A stretch of DNA of 35,832 bases, taken from Escherichia phage vB_EcoM_APEC. Positions within the stretch are counted from its first letter, which is position 1. Every line of letters begins with the position of its first letter. The notes under the pieces were generated by a model. The model ran no database searches. It was not told the origin of the DNA and saw only the letters and a program-made list of their open reading frames with translations. Shown here piece by piece: positions 18,867-27,058 of this stretch. The stretch is from sequence record MT664721; one strand, written 5' to 3'. The position numbers were made by a program, and so were the translations under genes.

Positions 18867-19497
18867 TATTATTGGTAGTAGGTTTGGCAACCTCGTAGTG
18901 CTAAGCGAGGTTGCTGAAAGAAACAAGAATGGTCATATTTTATATACTTGTGAGTGTGATTGTGGAAACAAAAAAAACATACTAGGGTCTTCATTAAGGC
19001 AGAAGCTTACGACTTCTTGCGGCTGTGTTCATAAAAAAAAGATAACAAAACACGGAATGGATGGAACTAAGGTTTATAGAACTTGGGTTGGAATGAGGAA
19101 TAGATGCAACAACCCAAATAATAGAAGATTTCACGATTATGGTGGCAGAGGTATTTCTGTTTGCAATGAGTGGAATAACTCTTTTGATGCGTTTTATTCG
19201 GATATGGGAGAACCAAAGCCAAATCAATCTATAGAACGGATAGACAACTCAAAACCATATTGCAAAGAAAATTGTGTATGGGCAACTAACAAACAACAGT
19301 GTAATAACAGGAGAAGCTCAGTGGTTGTTTATTTTGATGGTATTGAGATGACAGTAGAGGAATACTCAAAAAAAGTAGGCTTGTCAGTATCAGGGGCAAG
19401 AAAAAAAGTGATTCGAGAATTTACTAGATTTGGGAACGTATTCATCAAAGAATCTGACCCAGCCTATGCGGATGCTTGCAAGGAGCTGGGCAAATGA
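18844..19497 (+). CDS. HNH-family-like nuclease motif protein, 217 aa
   Basis: Cys-rich; YRTWVGMRNRCNNP...YGGRGISVCNEW...IERIDNSKPY..NCVWAT..QQCNNRR recalls phage HNH-like proteins; family assignment uncertain, start codon uncertain. Confidence 0.4.
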   Translation: MRKTQKINIIGSRFGNLVVLSEVAERNKNGHILYTCECDCGNKKNILGSSLRQKLTTSCGCVHKKKITKHGMDGTKVYRTWVGMRNRCNNPNNRRFHDYGGRGISVCNEWNNSFDAFYSDMGEPKPNQSIERIDNSKPYCKENCVWATNKQQCNNRRSSVVVYFDGIEMTVEEYSKKVGLSVSGARKKVIREFTRFGNVFIKESDPAYADACKELGK

Positions 19498-19754
19498 ACG
19501 AATCACAAAAAGCACTGGTGAATAACTTTGCTCAGTTCTTGGGTATATTGAATCTACCAGCCAATGACATATCTCCAAAAATAGATGCAGAAGGTAAAAT
19601 CTATTTTGAAGATCAGGAAACAATGAAAGCCTTCTCTGCATTCCGATATGCCTATGCAACAGGTTTTACTTCTGGTCGCAATGTCATGTATAAAAAACTG
19701 ACAGAACTGTCGGGAAAATACATGGCTGACCTTATGGCCGCAGCACCGAAATAG
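19494..19754 (+). CDS. hypothetical protein, 86 aa
   Basis: ATG overlapping the previous stop (ATGA) with AGGAG upstream. Confidence 0.45.
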   Translation: MNESQKALVNNFAQFLGILNLPANDISPKIDAEGKIYFEDQETMKAFSAFRYAYATGFTSGRNVMYKKLTELSGKYMADLMAAAPK

Positions 19755-19762
19755 GAGCTTAT

Positions 19763-19942
19763 ATGAAAAGCAAAATGACAGCAGCCATGTGGCTTGCTAA
19801 GATTCAATCTGAATGTAAGCACTTTTGGGTTCACGATAGTATGGGCTATCAAAAGAAGTGCAGCAGATGTGGAAAAGTGGAGCAACTTAAATTAACTACG
19901 CAATATTCAAAAACTTTTAAAGAAAGCTGGAATATTTATTAA
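19763..19942 (+). CDS. small Cys/His-rich protein, 59 aa
   Basis: ATG at 19763 with AGGAG upstream; ECKH...CSRCG pattern; below track cutoff; followed by a terminator. Confidence 0.35.
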   Translation: MKSKMTAAMWLAKIQSECKHFWVHDSMGYQKKCSRCGKVEQLKLTTQYSKTFKESWNIY

Positions 19943-19982
19943 AGTTTAGTTATATTGCAATAACTCACTTAAACCCTTTCCA

Positions 19983-20013
19983 AGCCCGGTGCCCTCACAC
20001 TGGGTTCTTTTTT
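19983..20013 (+). terminator. rho-independent terminator
   Basis: Imperfect 9 bp stem (AGCCCGGTG / CACTGGGTT with G-U pairs) followed by CTTTTTTG. Confidence 0.5.
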
Positions 20014-20015
20014 GC

Positions 20016-20043
20016 TTGCAAATAATATTAAAGCAATTATAAT
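20016..20043 (+). promoter_or_regulatory. sigma70-like promoter (TTGCAA, 16 nt, TATAAT)
   Basis: -35 TTGCAA at 20016-20021 and consensus -10 TATAAT at 20038-20043; GAGG at 20064-20067 and ATG at 20073 downstream. Confidence 0.5.
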
Positions 20044-20072
20044 AATAAAGCATACTAACAAGTGAGGTTAAA

Positions 20073-20258
20073 ATGTCTGCAAAAGAAAAAGCAAAACTGG
20101 CTTATAAAAAGCACTGTGCTGCGAAACTAAAAATTATCAATATCCGGTTTAACGTAGTTGATCATGAAGACGAAGCGCAAGCCTTTGAACATATCAAGTC
20201 GCAACCAAACCAGAAAAAATACATTCTTAAATTAGTAAAAGAGGACATGATTAAATGA
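20073..20258 (+). CDS. hypothetical basic protein, 61 aa
   Basis: First ORF downstream of the promoter at 20016-20043; GAGG RBS. Confidence 0.45.
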   Translation: MSAKEKAKLAYKKHCAAKLKIINIRFNVVDHEDEAQAFEHIKSQPNQKKYILKLVKEDMIK

Positions 20259-20890
20259 CTTTTCAAATCGGACAGGAAGTGGAAATTATAGGATTAGCAC
20301 CATTTGATGATAGATTCAATGTAGCTATAGGTGATAGAGGTATTATTATTAATATCAACACCAATTCTCATATAAAGATATCCAATCCAAAATTTACGGG
20401 AAGTGCTGCCGGAGAAGGTTTCTTTTATGCCCACAAGTCAAACGTAAGAATTGTTGAATCAAAACCTTTATACGAAGACTCAGGCAGAAACAAACTTAGA
20501 CTCTGGCTTAAGACTGTATGTAAAGAGTATGACTTTACCCTTGAGCAGCTATCATTAAATCTAGGATTCAACGAAAGCTATCTAAGCAATGTAGGCAGCA
20601 AGTCACGTTTTGAAAAACGCGGTGATATTAATTCAGAAGAATATAGAAAACTGGTTAATAATTTCCTTGTGCATGATTACAAAGAATGTAGACATACCAT
20701 GGCTCAGCTTGTTGAACAGATTGATAGCCTTGACGATGATCTGAGAGAGTGCAGGGGAGAAAACTACAAGTGCAATAGATACCTAGAACAAGCAAACAGG
20801 AATACCGAGTACTGGATGAGAAAGTTACCTAAAACCAGATTTCAGGCGTTTAAACTATTTATTAAAATGATGTTTGGAGGCCAGCCATGA
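20255..20890 (+). CDS. hypothetical protein with putative helix-turn-helix segment, 211 aa
   Basis: Central segment FTLEQLSLNLGFNESYLSNV resembles an XRE-type HTH; overlapping-stop coupling. Confidence 0.45.
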   Translation: MTFQIGQEVEIIGLAPFDDRFNVAIGDRGIIININTNSHIKISNPKFTGSAAGEGFFYAHKSNVRIVESKPLYEDSGRNKLRLWLKTVCKEYDFTLEQLSLNLGFNESYLSNVGSKSRFEKRGDINSEEYRKLVNNFLVHDYKECRHTMAQLVEQIDSLDDDLRECRGENYKCNRYLEQANRNTEYWMRKLPKTRFQAFKLFIKMMFGGQP

Positions 20891-21078
20891 CACCTGAAGA
20901 AATCAGAAAGAAAGCGCCAGAGGGAGCGACGCATTATATGAAGTCAATCATATTTTTGGATAGCGTTGACCTAATAACATATTTCAAGTGCGAAAATGGT
21001 AAATTCTTTGAATACTTCGCTCATCATTTCGCTAGGTACGAAACTGGTGTTCACCCAACCTTGATTAAGCCCCTCTAG
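20887..21078 (+). CDS. hypothetical protein, 63 aa (paralog of 14096..14293)
   Basis: Shared N- and C-terminal motifs with the minus-strand 65 aa protein; stop codon lies in the loop of the terminator hairpin. Confidence 0.5.
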   Translation: MTPEEIRKKAPEGATHYMKSIIFLDSVDLITYFKCENGKFFEYFAHHFARYETGVHPTLIKPL

Positions 21079-21090
21079 GGGCTTTTTATT
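21067..21090 (+). terminator. rho-independent terminator
   Basis: Hairpin AAGCCCC-TCTA-GGGGCTT followed by TTTTTATTTG. Confidence 0.65.
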
Positions 21091-21206
21091 TGCCCTTTAT
21101 ATTAGTTTTTCTTATTAATTTTAATTTAATTAATAAAAATTATTTATTTTACTTGTCACAATAAGATTAATAAAATAACCATATTGTTACTACCATCGAG
21201 GATAAG

Positions 21207-21437
21207 ATGATTTTACAAAAGCCTTTATTTTGGCACTGGTGCAAACAAGAAACTGGAAATATAGCATATTTGGCTAGAGAGTTAGGCGTAAGCCGAACAT
21301 TTGTTTCATTTCTTGTTAGTGGTAAAAAGCCCATACCTCTTGAACATATACCGAAGATTAAACAAGTAACTGGTCTAAAAGCCAAAGAATTGCGACCTGA
21401 TGTTTATGAAATTTTTAAGGATGATTTAGATGACTGA
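21207..21437 (+). CDS. Cro/YdaS-like helix-turn-helix DNA-binding protein
   Basis: GNIAYLARELGVSRTFVSFLVSGKKPIP resembles Cro/YdaS-type HTH regulators; first gene after the AT-rich intergenic region, upstream of the replication genes. Confidence 0.55.
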   Translation: MILQKPLFWHWCKQETGNIAYLARELGVSRTFVSFLVSGKKPIPLEHIPKIKQVTGLKAKELRPDVYEIFKDDLDD

Positions 21438-21642
21438 AATGCCAAAAGATGCCTTGTTCTTTATGAACTGGTTTGAAAAAGAATATCCAGAATTTGTAAA
21501 TCAGTATGGTCAGGTCAAAGGATTTTATGATCAATCCTCTGATGAGTTCCAGATTGAGGAAATACAGGATGCATATATCGAAAGAAAGAAAGGCAATGAG
21601 CCGTTACCCATGTATTTTGGCGACAGTGGTCAGTTTAGATAA
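21430..21642 (+). CDS. hypothetical protein, 70 aa
   Basis: Coupled ORF between the HTH gene and the replication initiator. Confidence 0.45.
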   Translation: MTEMPKDALFFMNWFEKEYPEFVNQYGQVKGFYDQSSDEFQIEEIQDAYIERKKGNEPLPMYFGDSGQFR

Positions 21643-21651
21643 GGAAAGGTT

Positions 21652-22389
21652 ATGAGTAATTGGATTCCAAATTCTTTTCAGCTTCCAAATTCATTGGTTG
21701 ATGAGAAGTACCTAGTAGAGCTAAAAGGTTCTCCATTAGCTATGTACATCTTCATTGTGAGGAAAACTAGAGGCTGGCAGAAAGAATGCGACAATATCAG
21801 CTTGTCTCAATTTGAGGAGTTTACCGGATATGGTAAAGATGCAGTTTTAACAGGAGTGAATAAGCTTGTTGAGCTTGGTTTAGTTAAGCGCGTTTCTTAT
21901 GAAAACAAGACTTCTTTTTACGAGTTAAATGATCAGCCATTACCTCCTGAAAAGATGCTGTCGGAAAATCCGCTAGCGGAAAATCCGACAAGTGCTGTCG
22001 GAAAATCCGACAAGTTGCTGTCGGAAAATCCGACACACAATAACAAAGAAAACAACTTTAAAAAAACAAATATAAATAACCATCCTAAAAAATTTGAGTT
22101 CAAGAAGGAATTACTAAAACTTGGGGCTAGTGAAGACTTAGTAAATGATTGGTTGATTGTTAGAGGGAATAAGAAGGCATCAAACACCCAAACTGCTTTC
22201 AATGGGTTTTTAAAACAAGTGAATGATTCTGGACTTGATGCTGAAACCGTTCTGAAAATCTGTGTTGATAAATCTTGGAGTGGCTTTAAGAAATCATGGT
22301 TATCGAATATTGATCTATCTGAATACCAGACAGAACCCAAGGAACCGAAGCAAGACAGTACATACGAAATTGAACTGGTGGAATATTAA
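21652..22389 (+). CDS. replication initiator, lambda O-like N-terminal domain
   Basis: LAMYIFIVRKTRGWQKECDNISLSQFEEFTG parallels the lambda O N-terminal domain (RKTYGW...SQ); iterons and an AT-rich tract lie inside the gene. Confidence 0.8.
   Translation: MSNWIPNSFQLPNSLVDEKYLVELKGSPLAMYIFIVRKTRGWQKECDNISLSQFEEFTGYGKDAVLTGVNKLVELGLVKRVSYENKTSFYELNDQPLPPEKMLSENPLAENPTSAVGKSDKLLSENPTHNNKENNFKKTNINNHPKKFEFKKELLKLGASEDLVNDWLIVRGNKKASNTQTAFNGFLKQVNDSGLDAETVLKICVDKSWSGFKKSWLSNIDLSEYQTEPKEPKQDSTYEIELVEY
21959..22035. repeat. four iterons (17 bp palindromic unit TGTCGGAAAATCCGACA), putative origin-binding sites
   Basis: Copies at about 21959, 21975, 21996 and 22019 (two perfect, two variant), followed by an AT-rich tract (22036-22100), all inside the O-like gene. 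Confidence 0.7.
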
Positions 22390-23693
22390 TGACTACATCA
22401 CTACATGCCATAAACTTTGAACAATACGTTCTATGTTTTCTAATGGACAATGAAAACGGATTAAGCTTTTTGAAAGTTAAACCCAAGGTTGAGCATTTCT
22501 ATGCTGACCGACACAAGGAGATATTCAAGGTAATTGAATCACTGGCATTTCAGGGAAAGCCTTATGATTATGAAATCGTCCTTGATCAACTAAAAACACT
22601 AGGTCTTGATTACAAGGTCGGGGGTGAGGAATATTTCAAGGAAATGATGAGTAACTTTGCAGCTCCTAGTGCTGTGAACGGATTTCATGAAAAACTGATA
22701 AAGCTGGAAGAATGCAGAAGGGTTGAGGAGGTAGGAAACAAGATTTTAGAACTATCACGAAACACTATGATTGATGATATGCCTAGAATCGCACAGGAGC
22801 TTGCTAGCGGCTTAGAAACTGTTTTTGTGAGTGACAGTACCATCAGCCTAACAGAAAGCGCTGCTGAAGCTCTGAGCGTCATTCACGATAAGTTGACTCA
22901 CAAGAAAGAAAACAGGGGAACAGCTTATGGCGTGAACACTGGTTTACGTGATCTTGATGCGACTCTAGGAGACATTGAGCCATCACATTTGTGTGTTATT
23001 GCTGCTGCCCCGGGTGGGGGTAAGACTACACTGGCACAAATGATTGCTTTGAATGCAGTGAAAAAGAATAATGCCCCTACAATTTTCTTTTCATGCGAAA
23101 TGGCACACTACGAGATAACCAACCGGATTATTAGTGCTGAGTGCAGAATCCCAATAGAGCGGATCCAGAACGGTACAATGGACAGTGATGATTACGAGCG
23201 CTGGGTTCAGACTACTGCAACGGTTTTCCCAAACTATAAGCTGGATATTGTAGACAAGGCAGCAATAAGCATTGGTGAAATCAGATCTGAAATACAGAGA
23301 ACAATTAAGCGACATGGGAAAGTTGGCTGTGTGATTGTTGATTACCTTCAGCTTGTTGAAGATAAAAATGCAAAGGATAACTTTGAAAAAATATCAAATG
23401 TTTCTACTGGTTTAAAACGAATAGCCAAAGACTTCAAGGTTCCGGTTATTGCTCTGTCGCAGCTAACGAAAGAGGCTCAAGGCAGAAGAATTACCATGTC
23501 GGATTTACGTGGTTCAGGCCAGATTTCACAAGATGCAGACAAGATCATTCTTTTGCATCCAGATGAAAAAACTCTAGGTCTGATTGTTGCGAATGTGGCA
23601 AAGAATCGGCAAGGACCTAAAGGTGAATCTCGGTTAATTTCCGCTTTTGATATATGTCAGTTTGGAAACATCAGACGGCAAGATGACTTTTAA
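22389..23693 (+). CDS. DnaB-family replicative DNA helicase
   Basis: DnaB-like N-terminal domain; Walker A AAPGGGKTTLAQ; RecA-like C-terminal region (DYLQLV, SQL). Confidence 0.85.
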   Translation: MTTSLHAINFEQYVLCFLMDNENGLSFLKVKPKVEHFYADRHKEIFKVIESLAFQGKPYDYEIVLDQLKTLGLDYKVGGEEYFKEMMSNFAAPSAVNGFHEKLIKLEECRRVEEVGNKILELSRNTMIDDMPRIAQELASGLETVFVSDSTISLTESAAEALSVIHDKLTHKKENRGTAYGVNTGLRDLDATLGDIEPSHLCVIAAAPGGGKTTLAQMIALNAVKKNNAPTIFFSCEMAHYEITNRIISAECRIPIERIQNGTMDSDDYERWVQTTATVFPNYKLDIVDKAAISIGEIRSEIQRTIKRHGKVGCVIVDYLQLVEDKNAKDNFEKISNVSTGLKRIAKDFKVPVIALSQLTKEAQGRRITMSDLRGSGQISQDADKIILLHPDEKTLGLIVANVAKNRQGPKGESRLISAFDICQFGNIRRQDDF

Positions 23694-23822
23694 TTTTAAA
23701 AACCAATGAGTAATGAGAGGAATATAAAATGTCAATTAAAGAAATCTGTCAGCACGAATATCAATATTCTTGGATTTATGATTCTTGGATGTGCATTCAT
23801 TGCGATAAATTAAAAAACAGTA

Positions 23823-23851
23823 TTGACTGAATTAATATTAAAGCATATAGT
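23823..23851 (+). promoter_or_regulatory. sigma70-like promoter (TTGACT, 17 nt, TATAGT)
   Basis: -35 TTGACT at 23823-23828 and -10 TATAGT at 23846-23851; GTGAGGA RBS and ATG at 23878 downstream. Confidence 0.5.
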
Positions 23852-23877
23852 TTGTATAAATTAGTGAGGACTAGATT

Positions 23878-24066
23878 ATGTTTAAAAAGTTACAAATTCA
23901 ATTAAATGACGCTATCCGTAAACAAGACGAGCTGGCTGTTAAACTGGCTGAAGCTCAAGACGATTTCCTTATTGCCAAGCTTGACGAATTGTATAAATCG
24001 GCTTCTGAATGGGTAGATTTATTGCAACGTCAAGTTAATCGCGAACAAAGAAGGGCCGCTAAATAA
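23878..24066 (+). CDS. hypothetical coiled-coil-like protein, 62 aa
   Basis: First ORF after the promoter; GTGAGGA RBS. Confidence 0.45.
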   Translation: MFKKLQIQLNDAIRKQDELAVKLAEAQDDFLIAKLDELYKSASEWVDLLQRQVNREQRRAAK

Positions 24067-24109
24067 GCGGCTTCACTTACTAACAAGCAGGAGTTGGAAA
24101 CTATATAAA

Positions 24110-24280
24110 ATGAAAACCCAGCAACAGATTGAAGAAATGAAAAAGAACATTCAGGAAAGAATTGATGAGTGTCATCGTATGGCTATGATGCAGCCAAGCA
24201 GAAGTGAAGCTGATAAATGGTTTGATTCAAAGCGTCAATTTATGGCCCAATACAACATTTTACTGGAGGTTTTGAAATGA
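24110..24280 (+). CDS. hypothetical protein, 56 aa
   Basis: ATG at 24110 with GGAG upstream; below track cutoff; stop overlaps the next start (ATGA). Confidence 0.4.
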   Translation: MKTQQQIEEMKKNIQERIDECHRMAMMQPSRSEADKWFDSKRQFMAQYNILLEVLK

Positions 24281-24450
24281 TTACATGGGTAACAGTGTGG
24301 GTTTTAACGGTATTTCCTTTTGATGGAGGCTCTTCAAGATACTCATATCAATTGCAATACTCCAGTCAGAAAATATGCGAAAATCAGAGGGAGAATAGGA
24401 AAGGTATCTCCCGTTGTGACTTCCAACAAATACCAGTGGTGATGAAATGA
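24277..24450 (+). CDS. small protein with N-terminal hydrophobic segment, 57 aa
   Basis: ATG overlapping the previous stop; MITWVTVWVLTVFPF hydrophobic; stop overlaps the next start at 24447. Confidence 0.4.
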   Translation: MITWVTVWVLTVFPFDGGSSRYSYQLQYSSQKICENQRENRKGISRCDFQQIPVVMK

Positions 24451-24713
24451 GCAGATTACAAGTAGGTGGGTTGGCTTTACACTTAAAAAGTGGTTTAACT
24501 TGCAAGCTCCTAGCATTCTATGGTGATGGTTATACTAGAAGCGGTTACTTAAAAAAAGAAAATTGGAGATGTGATTTTGGAGAAAAAGTTCAATGTGAAA
24601 ATACGGGTGTATGGGGTCAGGTTATGTTTGAGGAAGCTAAATACCTCTTACCCCTAGGCGACAAACAAACCCAAGATGAACTAGCAAAAGAGAAGGAATT
24701 AGAGGATGCCTAA
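24447..24713 (+). CDS. hypothetical protein, 88 aa
   Basis: Coupled ORF (overlapping stops and starts). Confidence 0.5.
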   Translation: MSRLQVGGLALHLKSGLTCKLLAFYGDGYTRSGYLKKENWRCDFGEKVQCENTGVWGQVMFEEAKYLLPLGDKQTQDELAKEKELEDA

Positions 24714-24918
24714 ATATGATTGGTCAAATGTGCCAGATGAAGTTAAGTGGATTGCTACCGACTCAGATGGATGGATTTCAATGCACACAATAAAACCTGA
24801 GCCTGTCTTAAATATTAATTGGATAGACAGCTCAGAAGAAGGGTATTTAGTTTTAATCAAAGGCAGCCCATTCAATGGTGATTGGAAAGAAAGCCTAGAG
24901 GAGCGACCAGGTGTTTAA
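24706..24918 (+). CDS. hypothetical protein, 70 aa (shares a Trp-rich domain with 17606..17968)
   Basis: Pattern DWSNVP...W.ATDSDG...GDWKESLEERP parallels the C-terminal half of the 17606 gene product. Confidence 0.5.
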   Translation: MPKYDWSNVPDEVKWIATDSDGWISMHTIKPEPVLNINWIDSSEEGYLVLIKGSPFNGDWKESLEERPGV

Positions 24919-25162
24919 AAATTTAAAAATCGCAATAATAGACGAGCAGCATTTAACTGCTGTTTGCGAGGTGCTGGAAAGTATGGGGTATCATCCATAC
25001 CAACCAAGTAAAAGACTACAATTTATTTATACTCAGACAGATGGGCTTTATTCATTTGGTGATGATTGTGTTTCTAGTATTTCTTATGAAACTGTAACCC
25101 TTCGCGACCTTCTGCAAATGCGTGATGAAATGGTAAAGGAGAAGATTAATGGACTTAATTGA
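24911..25162 (+). CDS. hypothetical protein, 83 aa
   Basis: Coupled ORF. Confidence 0.5.
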   Translation: MFKNLKIAIIDEQHLTAVCEVLESMGYHPYQPSKRLQFIYTQTDGLYSFGDDCVSSISYETVTLRDLLQMRDEMVKEKINGLN

Positions 25163-25550
25163 AAAGCTGTGTGGGTATGAGAACTCGAAGCGATTATTTC
25201 ATGTATACGATCACGCACTAATGTTTAGATATTATCCAAACTATTCTGAGAACTCAGATAATTTCGTTAATGTTTTTGTGCTTGATTTAAAAACAGCCCT
25301 TCTCGAATACCGCCGAGCAAATAATATTTTTGAGGTTGGGGATAAGGTTGTAGAGATAACAGATTATCCTAGCAATGATGTACTAACAGTTAAATCTATA
25401 TCGGATAATCTATTAGTGTGTGAAAGTGATGATCTTAGCGCAAGTTATATTTTGTCTAATAAATATAAGCCTTATTCTTATGTTAGTCACGCTACCGATG
25501 CAGAAATCGAAGCAGACCATCGCCTACCAGAGAAGGATAAAGATGTTTAG
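25149..25550 (+). CDS. hypothetical protein, 133 aa
   Basis: Coupled ORF. Confidence 0.5.
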   Translation: MDLIEKLCGYENSKRLFHVYDHALMFRYYPNYSENSDNFVNVFVLDLKTALLEYRRANNIFEVGDKVVEITDYPSNDVLTVKSISDNLLVCESDDLSASYILSNKYKPYSYVSHATDAEIEADHRLPEKDKDV

Positions 25551-25752
25551 CTATGAGGGTTTATTCGCTGCATCTTTGATAATTTCAATATTTATTATGC
25601 TGTTTATGTTGTTTTATCTAAGTGAACTGAACAGGGCTAAAAAATATATAAAACCCTGTTCTGTTTTAGTCTTTGTCTATGCGGTAATTACGGTTTTTAT
25701 CGTTCTGCCGATTTTTCTTTACGATGTAATTATTTGGTTTTTAAGTGTGTGA
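25543..25752 (+). CDS. small membrane protein, 69 aa, two predicted TM helices
   Basis: ATG at 25543 with AAGGA upstream; two long hydrophobic stretches. Confidence 0.45.
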   Translation: MFSYEGLFAASLIISIFIMLFMLFYLSELNRAKKYIKPCSVLVFVYAVITVFIVLPIFLYDVIIWFLSV

Positions 25753-25760
25753 GGTGAACC

Positions 25761-26726
25761 ATGATTAGTATGAATAGCAGTTTAATTAACCATGCATTGA
25801 GTGATCAGTTAGCCAGAGAAGTTGAGGAATTTCTGGCGCGTGGTGGAAAAGTAAAGTCTGAAGGTATTCAGCGCCGTGATATTGAGGAATTAACGCCGGA
25901 CTTTAAGCGCGACTTTGTAATATCAGGAAGAAAACCTGAAATGGTCAAGGCTGAGAAAAAGGAAGAAAAAGAACCTAAACCAAAGAAAGAGAAGGTTAAG
26001 GTGATTATACCAAAGCCAGAACCTAAACCGAAACGCGAACCTAAGCCCAAGAAGCAGGTAGTCAAAGTAGTTAAGGCCAAACCATTGCCGAAACCAAAGC
26101 CAGAACCTAAACCAAAGAAAGAGAAAAAAGAAAAGGTATTTACTAAAGAGACCTTAAGGGTTAGAGCTAACCAGAAATCGCGTGAAGATGCTTTGAAAAA
26201 GGGTATGGATACTTTTGAAGGTGAGTGTAAAAAGCATGGCATGACTGTATTTAAGATTCACAGTGATGCATTTAGATGCCGTGAATGTGCAGAGCTTGAC
26301 AAGCAGCGCAGAACTGAAGCCAAGAGAGCTAAACGTGATCAGCGAGAAGTTAGAAATGAGGATAGAAAGAAAGCGGCTATTGCAAATGGTTATACTAAAT
26401 TTGATGCTGAATGCCTGCATCATGGCTTAACCGAGCATCATCTTACGAGGAATAGCCGTAATCACACAATTATGGTGTGCACCTTATGCAAGAAAGAAAC
26501 TAACAAGCGAACTGTAGAGAGAAGGAAGAAAGTCCAGTACAGGGATTATGAGCGTAACGCTTTTATTAGAAATCAACTGGCCAATAGAAGAATAAGCTGT
26601 GTTGCGCTGGCAGATGCGATTAATGCTAGTCCATCAACCATGAATAAGATTAAACGTGGTGAACAGCTTTGCAGCGATAGACTATGGCAAGCCATTAATC
26701 AGTTCTTTGAAAAACTTGATAAATAA
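25761..26726 (+). CDS. DNA-binding protein with Lys/Pro-rich repeats, duplicated Cys-containing motif and C-terminal helix-turn-helix, 321 aa
   Basis: GAGGTGA RBS; EPKPK repeat tract (about residues 67-122); two copies of a (F/K)(E/D)..EC..HG.T....CxxC motif; C-terminal RRISCVALADAINASPSTMNKIKRGEQ resembles an HTH. Confidence 0.55.
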   Translation: MISMNSSLINHALSDQLAREVEEFLARGGKVKSEGIQRRDIEELTPDFKRDFVISGRKPEMVKAEKKEEKEPKPKKEKVKVIIPKPEPKPKREPKPKKQVVKVVKAKPLPKPKPEPKPKKEKKEKVFTKETLRVRANQKSREDALKKGMDTFEGECKKHGMTVFKIHSDAFRCRECAELDKQRRTEAKRAKRDQREVRNEDRKKAAIANGYTKFDAECLHHGLTEHHLTRNSRNHTIMVCTLCKKETNKRTVERRKKVQYRDYERNAFIRNQLANRRISCVALADAINASPSTMNKIKRGEQLCSDRLWQAINQFFEKLDK

Positions 26727-26785
26727 GTATTGTAAAGCATATCTATGAATGGTATGCTTTATTACATTAAAGTGAGGGAAATGAA

Positions 26786-27058
26786 ATGGACACTGGCATT
26801 TTAGATGCAATTCACAAGTTGACTGATTTGTGTATTGAAAAAAGCTTAGAGAGTAATATTTGCTTTAAGGTTGAGGTTACCCGAATCGCTGACGGTATGC
26901 ACGTTATGGTAATAAGAAACGATAAAGTTGTGTCATGGGTGAATGGTTCAACAGGGTTTAGATTCTATGATTTTGAACGGAAGGAGTGGAACATCAATGC
27001 CGAGAATCATATTTACTGGTGCATGTCTGAAGTAAGGAGAATTTCAAATGAGAGATAA
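26786..27058 (+). CDS. hypothetical protein, 90 aa
   Basis: GAGGGAA RBS; follows a weak hairpin. Confidence 0.45.
   Translation: MDTGILDAIHKLTDLCIEKSLESNICFKVEVTRIADGMHVMVIRNDKVVSWVNGSTGFRFYDFERKEWNINAENHIYWCMSEVRRISNER

Noticed and set aside
21959-22035. Short repeats considered as a CRISPR array
   Set aside because: Only four 17 bp palindromic units with irregular 17-23 bp phasing, inside a coding sequence and followed by an AT-rich tract; this fits replication-origin iterons, not repeat-spacer architecture.
25950-26135. Direct DNA repeats in the 321 aa gene considered as a mobile element or repeat array
   Set aside because: They are in frame and encode the EPKPK low-complexity tract of the protein.
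26735-26761. Hairpin AAAGCATA-loop-TATGCTTT after the 321 aa gene as a terminator
   Set aside because: AT-rich 8 bp stem with no clear U-tract; too weak to call, possibly only a pause or stability element.
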